64,000 bases of DNA from positions 24,118,001 to 24,182,000 of the forward strand of contig NC_043014.1 of NCBI RefSeq assembly GCF_006345805.1. Reading direction: 5' to 3'. Positions 14,001 to 26,043 of the stretch are shown piece after piece. The notes beneath the pieces were generated by a model. The model worked only from the letters and a program-made list of their open reading frames with translations. It did not search any database and had not been told where the DNA came from. The stretch is from Octopus sinensis. Lineage: Eukaryota. The stretch's first letter is position 1. The number at the start of each line of letters is the position of its first letter. A program made the position numbers and the translations under genes.

Positions 14001-14199
14001 ATTTGAACTAGGTGAGGGCAAAAAAAGAAAAGAAGCCAGGGTTGTAAAAATGTAAAGACAAACTCTAAAGTTGTCTATAAATTTACAAAAGTGTCTGCAT
14101 CAGTATGATACAAGATAAAGCTACTGTTTAAAGAAAATGTCTCTTTGAAGTACAAAGGATAAATAAAATACTGAATGTGCAATACAAAAGTATTTTCAT

Positions 14200-15480
14200 G
14201 TCTTCATTAGGATACTTGCAAATAAATATGACATCACAGATCTACATGAAGTGATGGCAGTTATTGATTTCATTGAAATAGAGGAAAATGATGTAATATC
14301 AGCCATTGATGAAATGAACTTAAACTCAGCCAAGGCCCTAATGAATTCCCAGCAATCACCCTAAAAAAATGCAAAGGGGTATTTACAAGATCATTGCAAA
14401 ACAGATGCTAAAAATTATAGGCCTGTTTCTCTAACCACACATGTCAGCAAAGTCATGAAATAAATTTTCTGGAGGAAGCTGATCACATTCCTAAAAGATA
14501 ATGACTTGTTCCCTGACACCCAGCATGGCTTCACATCAGGAAGAAACTGCCTTACACACAGCATTTGCTGCATTATGACTGTATGTTGAAACAACTTATG
14601 AATTACTCAAACATGGATGTGATATATTTTGATTTTTGAAAAAGGTCTTTGATGAGGTTGATCACAAGATGATATGTCAGAAGCTGTAAGGGCTCAACAA
14701 AGTTGGAAAACTAAGAGATTGACAGCATGACTTCTTAAAAGATAGAAGCCAGACTCTAGCAGCCAATGGAGACCTCTTCAAGGAGACATTAATAGCAAGC
14801 GGAATACTTCAGGGAACTGTCTAAGGGCTACTGCTGTTTGTTGTGGTACTCCCAGACATGCCATCAGTTATACAGGCAACCATTCTTACTTGCTATGCTG
14901 ATGATACATAAGTAGCACAAGCAGTCAAGAATCTGCTTGATGCTGATTTTCTCCAGAAAAATCTAGATGTTATATATGAATGGGTTGAAGAAAACAACAT
15001 ACAGTTTAATGCAAGAAAATTCCAAGCCCTTCTCTATCAGCCAGCTTGTTCTAACATACCACAACAAAAATACTTTGGACAAAAATGAGTAGCAATTCCA
15101 GAGTCAAATACTGTGCATGACCTGGGGATAGATATGAGTAATGATGCTTCACTTCATGTATCTATCACCAAGAAAGTGGCAATGGGCAGCTGGAATGGCT
15201 GATAGATTCTGAGAACTTTCAGAACAAGGGGCCAGGAAACTATGCTGGTCCTATGGAGAGTATTTGTTCTCAACTGTCTAGACTACTGCTCTCAACTATA
15301 GTCACACGACAGTGTTAACTTAATAGTGAAACTCAAGGCAGTTCAAATGTGCTACACCAAGAAGATTGCATCACTGAAACAGCTACACTACTGGGGGAGG
15401 CTGAAGAAATACAACACTTCTCCCTGGAAGGAAGATAGGAGAGATATGTAGTGATATACATATGAGATATCCAAGAGAAG
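14200..15480 (+). mobile_element. CR1-like LINE RT remnant, highly decayed
   Basis: NYRPVSLT.HVSKVM (~14415), QHGFTSGRNCLT (~14520), DVIYFDF, SGI.QGTV and CYADDT (~14890), QFNARKF, and a C-terminal LDYCSQL...SLE.R.ERY segment. Multiple stops. Confidence 0.82.
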
Positions 15481-15989
15481 CTGGCATCAAACTTGTTCAC
15501 TGATTTTATATGGTAAATGTTAGAGTGTAATTCAATTTATATTTGTATTATATTCAGCAAATGATATAAAATAAGGAGAAACATTTTAGGTGTATGATGT
15601 CAGTGCAACCATGTTAATGCAAATGTGTTTTGGAGTGATATCCTGTACATGCAGTAACATCGTTCTATTCTATTCCTTTGCCACAATGATTGTTGACATC
15701 TTGCATTATCCCTAATTTTATGAAATTTCATACCATACTCTCATCAATTAAATAATGGAATTGTCATCCATTATTCAACGTTCAATCAAGTAACTACATA
15801 TTTACATAAAGCCCATGGTATTGGACTATTGATTTTTATCAAAAGAATACATATATGTCTATAGAGTATGTTTGTGTGCATGTATGTGTATAACAACAAC
15901 AACAACAACAATTTCATGCATCAAATATGAAGTTTGATACATGAAATAATTATCATTAGTTAAAATTATTGCAAAAGTAGCTCTAATAC

Positions 15990-16170
15990 AATAAACATAG
16001 TACAATAAACCACTCTGCAAAGTGGTTGGTGTTAGGAAAGGTATCAGCCATAAAAACCCTGTCAAAACAGACACAGTAGCCTAGGATAGTCTTCCATCTG
16101 GCTGGCTCCTGTCAACTGTCCCACCCATGCATGCATGGAAGATGGACTTTAAACAATGATGATGATGAAT
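15990..16170 (+). mobile_element. isolated RTE 3'UTR tail fragment
   Basis: Matches the terminal ~170 bp of the RTE 3'UTR and ends in GATGATGAT. Similar fragments at ~18750-18985, ~19915-20232, ~55410-55560 and ~58900-59010. Confidence 0.7.
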
Positions 16171-16370
16171 CAATAAGAGAACCACAATATGATCACTTGA
16201 TTTGCTAAAAATATCAACCAAATTTCACTGAAATTATAAGCTAGTACACAATGGATAATGTAGTCCTAGATACCATTAAAACAAGCCCAAATCATCATAG
16301 CTAGAACAGTATTGATCTGACTGAACAGTAACTACATGAATACAGTTTTGAATATCAAAGATTTCTATAC

Positions 16371-16481
16371 CTGTACAGAAACTTTGTAAGGTAAAGTTGA
16401 AATACTGTCATGTACTTCTGGAAAACAATTTTTTGAAGGAATTGGCTCCTCATTCTCAGAATTCTCTCCCTTTTCTAATCT
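16371..16481 (-). CDS. FBXL13: FBXL13-like exon, N-terminal part of F-box
   Basis: Acceptor tttttttatttctgtag|, donor |gtatag, 111 nt, phase 0/0. Encodes RLEKGENSENEEPIPSKNCFPEVHDSISTLPYKVSVQ; ISTLP...Q joins IFSFL to complete the F-box. Confidence 0.9.
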
Positions 16482-16547
16482 CTACAGAAATAAAAAAAGA
16501 AAGGAGATCAGATGACTCATTGATATTAACACACACATACATGCACG

Positions 16548-16578
<31 letters not shown>

Positions 16579-19034
16579 ACACATTCATCATCCGTTTAAT
16601 GTCTATTTTTCCATACTGACATGAGTCAGACGAAACTTACTGAGACAGTTTTTCCATAGTTGGACATATAACCACAGCTAGATGGTTGGACATTATTGGC
16701 AATATTCCTGTCATTCTTCATTTCACACTTAAGGGTCTATACCCAATCTTGGCAATAATCTGTCTATTTGGCTGATTAAACCTCCTAAAGTAGAGTGAGC
16801 AAGCATATGTCAGACAGGATATTACCTAAGCTAGGGGAAGAAGCCCTTTTACCACTATGAATATATTTTTCTTTAATGATAGACTAGCTTAAAGATATCC
16901 CATATAAGTTATGTGCAAAATATATTTACTTTGATATTTTATTTTATTATACCTTCATCACATTATCACTATTACTAAAAGCTATTGAGCTTACTGAAAT
17001 CACAACTGGTTTTAGTAATTCCAAGGTTGGTGTGATCATCCATGCTTGGATAACTGTTATAAGTTATAATTCTAAGCCACAATTACCTTTTTGGCAAGTG
17101 CACAGGTCTGAGTGATTTAGCCAAGGTCACTGATCTTTCAGCCTATTTAATCTGTTACAACTTTGGGACAAATTGCTCCACAGAGAAGGGGTTTGCCTAA
17201 GGATGTTAGCCTATTGATTACAACTAATTGCAGCCCTTAGATTCAAGAAGGACCTGATTAGCTTCTTCATATGTCTTAATCTATCCACTACATTAGACAC
17301 AAATCTATCTGTATAAACTTTTAGGATGTGACTTTGAATATATCTTATGAATTATTTTAAACATATACAAAAACCAAATAAGACCTTTAATTACATAAAA
17401 AAAATTTGAATCACGTGAATAACATCAAATATTTGGTTAAATATATCTCACCAAGATTATCATGTTTTTCAGCTAATCCATAGATATTTAAGAAACACTT
17501 AACATATTATAAGAAAGTATTGGCTTGTAGTGATTTTAAGGAAAAGCCATGTTACATTTAAGGAAATGCTATATCAACTACAAGTATAGGATTAGGCAGA
17601 ATAGACCTAAATGATATTATTTGGATATTCTTTCTGTCACCAATCTTCACTTGTTTCCAAATAAGATACTATTTCTCCTGGTACTTCAAATAATGGACAG
17701 TTCAATGGCTGAACATATTTTCAATGCAGGCAACATTCCTGTAACTCTCTTTAATATGGAACTAACAACACCTGTCATCAGAATTATTTTCTTTACCCAA
17801 GAAATGTTTTCAAACAGAACAGGTATTATAAGAGATGGTAGAGGAAGAGGAGGGGGAATTATTTTTAACCAACAAGCACTTTGAATGCTGGAGGAACAGA
17901 GCATACCATGGTAATATATACATATAAATTATCATCATCATCATCATGTTCATCAATGTCCACATGCATAGTGTAAACATATATACATATGCAAATATAT
18001 ACACATATATATATATACACACATGAATGCATATAGTACAAACATGAACATAAATATATAATATGTATAGTCACATATACACATAAATATATGCATATAA
18101 ACCCACAGGACACTTATATACATAAATACACCCATAAAATTTTTTTTTCACAAACCCTACCCCCAACAAACCAAACTACATCTCTTCTCTTTCTCACATT
18201 TGCTCTTTTCCATGCACTATGCTTATGCTTATATCCTGCTCCTCAATCCTGACCTCACTGTCCTGCTCCCTGTATCATTGCTATCCTGTTGTCACCCACA
18301 TCCTCTATATGCCCACATTTCACCAGTTACAGCATTTCCCTCCCCCACATTCTTTGCATTCATGTGAAGTCTCTGATCCCTATTCATGCACCCTTGGAAA
18401 TATTCTACAATCACATTTATATTCTGATTCCTGTACCTTGAGGGCATGTCCTGGCACTTCATCACCATCTCTCTCCTACTCTCATCCTCTTGCTCTCTTC
18501 TACTATATCTCTCTCTCAAACTTGATCACTATCTCTCTCTCTCTCTTGCTTTCTCTCCCTCTGACTGGGTAACCATGTATCTCCTCTGCAGCAAAACACC
18601 TTCCCTCTATCACACTCTAATTTCTCATCACCTTACACAAGGCTACTTCCTCCAATGCCTTCCCCACAAAGATCTTTGTCTTGCAAGTTACTTGGTGACC
18701 CCACTTGTGCTGGTGCATTCACTCCACACTATAAAATAGTTTATGCTTGGAAGGACATCCAGCTGTAAAAGCCATGCCAAAACAGGCATCACTAGTGTTG
18801 GTGCCACATAAAAAGCACTCAGTTCACTCTGTAAGGTGATTGATGTTAGGAAGAGCATACAATCATAAAAACCCTACCAAAGCAGACAGTGAAACCTGGT
18901 GCAGTCTTCTGCCTAGCCAGCCCCTGTCAAACCATCCAGCTCATGGCAGCATGGAAAATGGACATTAAATGATGATGATGATGATCCCCATGCACTCATG
19001 TAACACCTCACATATTGTTATATTGTCAACACAC

Positions 19035-19197
19035 AATAATAAGAAAATGTAAGGGTATATCTTTTACCACCTCCATTGAGATTAAAATGTTTTTAATTAT
19101 ACTAATTAATTTTTAAGTCTTGAATCAAAACAGCTGTTAGAGATGATATCCAATTTTGTAATTAATAAATAATTATTAATTTAATTATCCCTATTTT

Positions 19198-19239
<42 letters not shown>

Positions 19240-19267
19240 GAATACCTGTACATCATCTCCAAACCTT

Positions 19268-19308
<41 letters not shown>

Positions 19309-19344
19309 AGGTTTGGAGATGATGTACAGGTATTCTTCTAATAT

Positions 19345-19407
<63 letters not shown>

Positions 19408-19575
19408 AGAAAATAGGGATAATTAAATTAATAATTATTTATTAATTACAAAATTGGATATCATCTCTAACAGCTGTTTTGATTCAAGACTTAAAAATTA
19501 ATTAGTATAATTAAAAACATTTTAATCTCAATGGAGGTGGAAAAAGATATACCCTTACATTTTCTTATTATTGTA
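19035..19575. repeat. ~540-bp near-perfect inverted duplication centred on a (TA)n tract
   Basis: 19035-19270 is the reverse complement of 19305-19575 with few mismatches. Each arm contains a degenerate hammerhead motif (19073-19143 and its mirror). Confidence 0.92.
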
Positions 19576-20852
19576 TGTTGAGTGTAGGGAGCAAATCCAA
19601 GTAATAAATGTTTTGATTTATGTTTATATTTGTGTAATAACAAATTCTCATTTGCCTATTTACTAATCTATTCTATATTATTTTATTATATGCTTGTTGC
19701 ACTTTTATTTTATCTCTGTATATTTATCAAAGTTATAAAAATGAAAATAAAAATAAAGAATAAGATATGGTAATCAAACATATATATCTCTAAAGTATAA
19801 TTAAGTATCAAATAAAAGTAATTGTAAATGTGGCTATAAAAATATAGGTAGCAATATATTATGGGTAGCTGTTAATATTATAAAGTAAGCAGTATATTAA
19901 TTAATGCTATTGTAAAAAGCACCATCGTAAGTAAAAAGCACCATCCGAATGTAGTTTATGCCAGCCCCCCGCCCCAACTGGTTCCTGTGCTGGTAGCATG
20001 TAAAACGCACCATCTAAACATGGCTGATGCCAGTGCCACCTGACTGGCTCCTATGCCAGTGGAACATAAAAAGCACCCACTACACTCTCAGAGTGGTTGG
20101 CATTGGGAAGGGCATCAAGCTGTAGAAACACTGCCAGATCAGATTGGAGCCTGCTGTGGCCTCCTGGCTTGCCAGTCCCCAGCCAAACCGTCCAATCCAT
20201 GCCAGCATGGAAAACGGACATTAAATGATGATAATAATCATGTAAACAAATAAATAATTATGAATAGAAAAATTAGAGTGAATGTATATAAAAATAGTTT
20301 GTAATTATTTAAGTAATGTATATGTGAATAAAATAAATATAAAAAGGGTAATAGGTGAAAAATATATTTTTGAGTGCATTACATATAAATACAATGTATA
20401 ATTTATACGTAAAGAGATAAAACAAAAGTACAACAAGCATATGATAAATTAATATAGAATAGATTAGTAAGTAGGCTAATGAGAATTTGTTATTACACAA
20501 ATATAAAGATAAGTTTACACACACATATAGATAATCTATTATGATTAATACTTTAAATTAGTGCTACAAACATAATTATTATAAATTATTATGATTAATC
20601 AAAAACCTTTTTGTATCTTCACTCCTTCTCCAACTAAAATCTATTGGCATATCCCACTATTATTATTTTTTTTTTCTTATTTATCCATCCTATCATCCTC
20701 CTGTACAAAGGATTAACCCACCAATTACTATTTTGGCTTAGTCATTTACTTAATGTCCCAAAAAGATATGCAAGCAAAATGGTATGATTACAGCCATGTT
20801 CAACTTTTCCCTTTTTCTTCTCTATGCTCTTCTTCTTTATTTATTCTTCACT

Positions 20853-20957
20853 CTGATGAAGTTCCATGTTTCAGATCAGTTTTATTACCAAATATGACAA
20901 ATATTTTTAGCATATTAATGGCAATACCATATAACATTGGAAGCAGAAACAGCTGTT
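20853..20957 (+). ncRNA. type I hammerhead ribozyme motif with enlarged loop II
   Basis: CTGATGA at 20853-20859, partial stem II (TTCCA/TGGAA), GAAA at 20946-20949, palindromic CAGCTG, then TT. Stem I is weak. Confidence 0.55.
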
Positions 20958-21099
20958 AAATGGAATGCAGTCTATTTGTAATGAATAATAATTGATGTAA
21001 GTCAATTGATGTTCATCAATATTTCTCCATTTTCTGTTTTCTTTAAATTTTGATTCTTGATAAACTCATGTTTATCCTTGTCTTTACCTATAATTTACG

Positions 21100-23715
21100 A
21101 GCATATAACTTACCGATCGGGCCAACATACCAGCCAAATTGACTACATCCTTGCAAGGCAAAGGGAGAGATGGCTGCTTATAAATGCCAAAACCTTCCCA
21201 GGTGAAGAATGTACCCCACAACATAGACTGGTAGTTAGTGACTTTAGGATCAGGACTAGGAGGACAACCAGAAGACGACCAATATGGAGAAGAAGGATCT
21301 GGAAGCTTAAAGATCCTGCAAATGGACAGAGATTTAGGGACATATTACTTGAAGCCTCTGACGAAGTAGAAGGGGATAGAGCATCACAGGGGGTAGAAGA
21401 CAGCTGGACGTTTCTAAGGGACAACCTGCTGAGAGCCACTGACCAGATCTGTGGATGGTGCAAAGTCCTCTCTCGACCTAGAATAACGTGGTAGTGGAAC
21501 AATATTGTAGACAGGGCTATTAGAGAAAAGAGACAGGCTTGGAAGCTCTGGAAAAATGGGGGTAGCAGGGAATTGTATCAGACTGCCAAAAGAGAAGCTA
21601 GGAGACAGGTTTATTTAGCCAGAGGGGAAGCAGATAAGAAAAAATTTGCCAATGTTCTGCGCCATGAGGACCAAAGACTGGAAGTGTTTCGCGTTGCAAG
21701 ACAGTGTGTGAGAGAGAATCGTGATGTGGTAGGAGAGGAGTATGTTCGCATGGAAGATGGTTCACTTGCGCTAAATGAGGATGCAAAGAGAGAGGTTTGG
21801 AGATGCCACTATGAAAGGTTGCTGAATAAAGAAAATGAATGGGATAAAGAGAGTCTGCCGAATGTTGACCCAACAGAGGGACCAGCTATCCGAGTTGATA
21901 GTTCCGTGGTAGCTAAGGCAATTAGAAGCATGAAGACAGGGAAAGCCCCAGGCCCATCAGGAATCACTGCAGAGATGCTCAAAATGTTTGGTAGTGTCGG
22001 CTATAGCCTAGTCACCCGTATAGTTAATCAGGTGATGCACAAAGGAGTCATACCCAATGACTGGTGTAGCAGCATAATAGTCAACTGCTACAAAGGTAAA
22101 GGTGACGCCCTAGATACAAATAACTACAGAGGTATCAAGCTGTTGGATCAGGTGATGAAGGTTATGGAGAGGGTCATAGCCCAACTAATTAGAGAGAGAG
22201 TTAGTTTAGATGAGATGCAGTTTGGGTTTGTGCCAGGGAAAAGTACTACTGATGCTATATTCCTGGTAAGGCAGCTGCAGGAGAAATACCTAGCCAAAGA
22301 TAAGCCCCTGTACCTGGCTTTTGTTGACATGGAGAAAGCCTTTGACAGGGTCCCTCGATCCCTTATCTGGTGGTCAATGAGGAAACTAGGGATAGATGAA
22401 TGGTTAGTGAGAGCTGTGCGGGCCATGTATAGGGACGCTGCTAGTAGGGTGAGGGTTGGAAACGAGTACAGTGAAGAATTCCAGGTAGAGGTAGGGGTCC
22501 ACTAAGGCTCAGTACTCAGCCCCCTCCTATTTATCATAGTCCTCCAGGCAATAACGGAGGAATTCAAGACAGGATGCCCTTGGGAGCTCCTCTATGCTGA
22601 TGACCTTGCTCTAATTGCTGAGTCGCTATCAGAATTGGAGGAGAAGTTTCAGGTGTGGAAACAAGGATTAGAATCGAAGGGCCTCAGAGTCAATCTAGGT
22701 AAAACCAAAGTCGTAATCAGTAGGAAGGTAGACAAATCACAAACGCCTTCAGGTAGATGGCCCTGCTCGATCTGTAGAAAAGGTGTAGGTAGAAACTCTA
22801 TAAGATGCACCAAGTGTAAGCTATGGACACATAAGAGGTGCAGCAATGTCAAAGGAAGGTTAACTAGGAAGATGGTTTTTGTATGTGGCAGATGCTCAGG
22901 AACAATAAACACTGAAAATGCTCTGAGACCAACTTCCGTCACTTTCCAGGGAGAAAAACTAGAAATAGTTGATAGTTTCCGTTACCTAGGTTACCAAGTC
23001 AGCAGCGGGGGCGGGTGTGCTGAAAGTGTAACTGCTAGAGTAAGAATAGCCTGGGAAAAGTTCAGAGAGCTCTTACCTCTGCTGGTGACAAAAGGCCTCT
23101 CGCACAGAGTGAAAGGCAGACTGTGTGATGCGTGTGTACGAACAGCCATGCTACATGGCAGTGAAACATGGGCCGTGACTGCTGAGGATATGCGTAAGCT
23201 CACAAGAAATGAAGCCAGTATGCTCCGATGGATGTGTAATGTCAGTACTCATACTCGGCAGAGTGTCAGTACCTTGAGAGAAAAGCTGGACCTAAGAAGC
23301 ATCAGTTGTGGTGTACAAGAGAGACGTTTGCGCTGGTATGGTCATGTGGCGAGAATGGCTGAAGATGGTTGTGTGAAAAAGTGCCACACCTTAGCGGTTG
23401 AGGGAACCTGTGGAAGAGGCAGACCCAGGTTTTCCTGGGACGAGGTGGTGAAGCACGACCTTCGAACTTTAGGTCTCACTGAGGAAATGACTAGAGACCG
23501 AGACCTCTGGAAGTGTGCTGTGCGCAAGAAGACCCGGCAGGACAAGTGAGTCCATAACCCATGGCTTTCTACATGGGATGGAGCCAGCCTACATATGCAT
23601 ACCTTCCCTTCTTGGGACAGAAAACTCTACTTGTGAAGACCTGTTGAGGCAAGTGAGGATCAGAATCGAAATCGATCAATGGAAATTGCAGATGTGTTAC
23701 CAGTGCCGGTGGCAT
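21100..23715 (+). mobile_element. RTE LINE, 5'-truncated, inactive (partial APE, RT, PHD-like finger)
   Basis: SQIDYIL...PQHRLVV (APE end), NYRGIKLL, QFGF.PG.STTDAI, FVDMEKAFDRV, YADD and the C-terminal RWYGHV. Premature stops near 21492 and 22503. The 3'UTR is truncated. Confidence 0.95.
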
Positions 23716-23742
23716 GTCGAAACTCTACTTGTGAAGACCCAT

Positions 23743-24643
23743 GTAGAGGCCACGGGATTATGGCCTCACTTGTCCTGCTGGGTCTTCTCATGCACAGCAT
23801 ACTTCCAATGGTCTCGGTCTCTAGTCATTTCCTCGGTGAGACCTAAAGTTTGAAGGTCGTGCTTCACCACCTCGTCCCAGCAAAACCTGGGTCTGCCTCT
23901 TCCACAGGTTCCCTCAACTGCTAGGGTGTGGGACTTTTTCACACAACTATCTTCATCCATTCTTGCCACATGACCATACCAGTGCAAACGTCTCTCTTGC
24001 ACACCACAACTAATGCTTCTTAGGTCCAACATTTCTCTCAAATTACTTACACTCTGTCGAGTATGAACACTGACATTACACATCCATCAAAGCATACTGG
24101 CTTCATTTCTTGCGAGCTTACACATATCCTCAGCAGTCACGGCCCATGTTTCACTGCCATGTAGCATAGCTGTTCGTACACATGCGTCATACAATCTGCC
24201 TTTTACTCTGAGCGAGAGACCTTTTGTCACCAGCAGAGGTAAGAGCTCTCTGAACTTTTCCCAGGCTATTCTTACTCTAGCAGTTACACTTTCAGCACAC
24301 CCACCCCTGCTACTGACTTGGTCACCTAGGTAACGGAAGCTATCAGCTATTTCTAGTTTTTCTCTCTGGAATGTGGCAGAAGATGGTCTCTGCGTATTTT
24401 CAGTGTTTATTGCTCCTGAGCATCTGCCACACACAAAAACTATCTTCCTAGTTAGCCTTCCTTTGACATTGCTGCACCTCTTATGTGTCCATAGCTTACA
24501 CTTGGTGCATCTTATAGAGTTTCTACCTATGCCTTTTCTACAGATCGAGCAGGGCCAGCTACGTGAAGGTGTTTGTGATTTGTCTACCTTCCTACTTATT
24601 AGAACTTTGGTTTTACTTAGGTTGACTCTAAGGCCCTTCGATT
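23743..24643 (-). mobile_element. RTE LINE 3' fragment inverted against the preceding copy
   Basis: ORFs 24087-24434 and 23766-24083 reproduce the post-RT and C-terminal sequence of the plus-strand copy. The arrangement is tail to tail. Confidence 0.93.
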
Positions 24644-24660
24644 CTATATATATATATATA

Positions 24661-25149
24661 GTACAAAGTAAAATAGGGGTTATGGGTGTAACCCATTATG
24701 GGATATCATTTATCGAATATACTGTTATTTGGATATTTGTTTATTGTTTATTTTTATATATTAAGTAATACATGCGTCATGTTTAGTATTATTATTAATA
24801 TTTTTAAAGTTAATTATAACCTCTGACGAGGCCTATGGTTCTTTTAACATATAAGTATTATATTTTTTAAATTCCTACAACCTTAGTATGTTGACATCTA
24901 TAGGCAATGAAAATTAGATTCACTTTTGACCATAGGCTGAAACAGCTGTAAGAAGTAATTTTAGGATTTCATTAATTTATATGACTTTTAAAATCTATAT
25001 TTGTATTATTATCTTATCTATTGATTTATATAATATTTCTGTATGCTTTTGATGTTCCCTTTTGTAAAATGAATAAATAATCCAACATTATAATATCCGT
25101 AAGTTGATGAACAAACTAAATTTGTTTCTCCATTTACTTATTTGTATTA

Positions 25150-25150
<1 letters not shown>
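24661..25150 (+). mobile_element. short non-coding (TA)n-flanked element carrying a hammerhead ribozyme (putative non-autonomous PLE derivative)
   Basis: Shares segments (ccataggctgaaacagctgtaag; gatgaac.aactaa...tctccatt...cttatttgta) with 40.6-41.1 kb and 60.7-61.3 kb. No ORF. Bounded by TA tracts. Confidence 0.7.
24823..24950 (+). ncRNA. type I hammerhead ribozyme with intact core and 89-nt loop II
   Basis: CTGACGA (24823-24829); 10-bp stem II GGCCTATGGT/ACCATAGGCT; GAAA (24939-24942); stem III ACAGCTGT; predicted cleavage after GUA at 24950. Stem I has only 2 bp. Confidence 0.75.
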
Positions 25151-25190
<40 letters not shown>

Positions 25191-25869
25191 CACTAATGTG
25201 ACAAAGGCCACTAAACAGCACTAATTTTGCTAGAAATAAGAGTCAAAACAACTCAATAGCCACAGAAGCACTAGCTTAATGATTACAAAGGGAGGTGAGC
25301 TCTCTACAGTCACAGATATAGCCAGATCACAGATGATTTCACATTTTGATGCTTAATGCATCTTTTAACATGCCTAGGGTTAAATTCACCTCACCTTGTC
25401 AGCTTATAAGATTTCCATTGAAATCATATTCTGATTTCATAAACAGTAAAAGTGAAAATTATAAATAATATGGGTGGCTAAATTGCAATTTTACAACTTA
25501 AAGGCAGAAATATATACATCAACTAAAGTGACAAGGGGACTAATTGGCACCAACACTGCTAAAAATAAGAGTCAAAACAACTCAATAGCCACAGAAACAC
25601 TATCTTAATGTTTCTTTATTGGTAGATGAAGAAACAGCAAAAGAATGTCAGAGGAATGTATCCAGGGAAGGAATGATTATGCAAAGTCATTAGTGTTTGG
25701 GTGGCAATAACAGTAAGTATTACTGTTAATAAGAGAGATAGTGCATCAAGTGAACCTATACAGATGTAGTATGCATCTTGTGAGCTTGAAAAACAGAAGC
25801 TAGTAAAGTAGAAGTAGAGAAAAAACAGTACATCTGTGCACAATGGTTGTTATAATGTATCTTTGCCAA

Positions 25870-26043
25870 TTAACCAAATGACCTTCAAATACTGTTTATG
25901 ATGATTTATTTCTTTTTCTTTTTTCTAAAATCTTCATTGCATCTTGCAACCTTTTCAAAAAGGTTGCAAGATGCAATGAAAATTTTAGAAAAATAAAAAA
26001 TAAATAAATCATCATAAACAGTATTTGAAGGTCATTTGGTTAA
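25870..26043. repeat. 174-bp near-perfect palindrome with essentially no loop
   Basis: TTAACCAAATGACCTTCAAATACTG...GCAACCTTTT-CA-AAAAGGTTGC...CAGTATTTGAAGGTCATTTGGTTAA, with a few mismatches in the T/A-rich middle of the arms. Confidence 0.92.

Noticed and set aside
25187-25610. ~95-bp diverged direct repeats 330 bp apart as LTRs
   Set aside because: No TG...CA ends, primer-binding site, polypurine tract or TSD; most likely an old local duplication.
25625-25713. Plus-strand segment with AG acceptor and GTAAGT donor; candidate OPLAH exon
   Set aside because: All three frames contain stops and there is no OPLAH motif.
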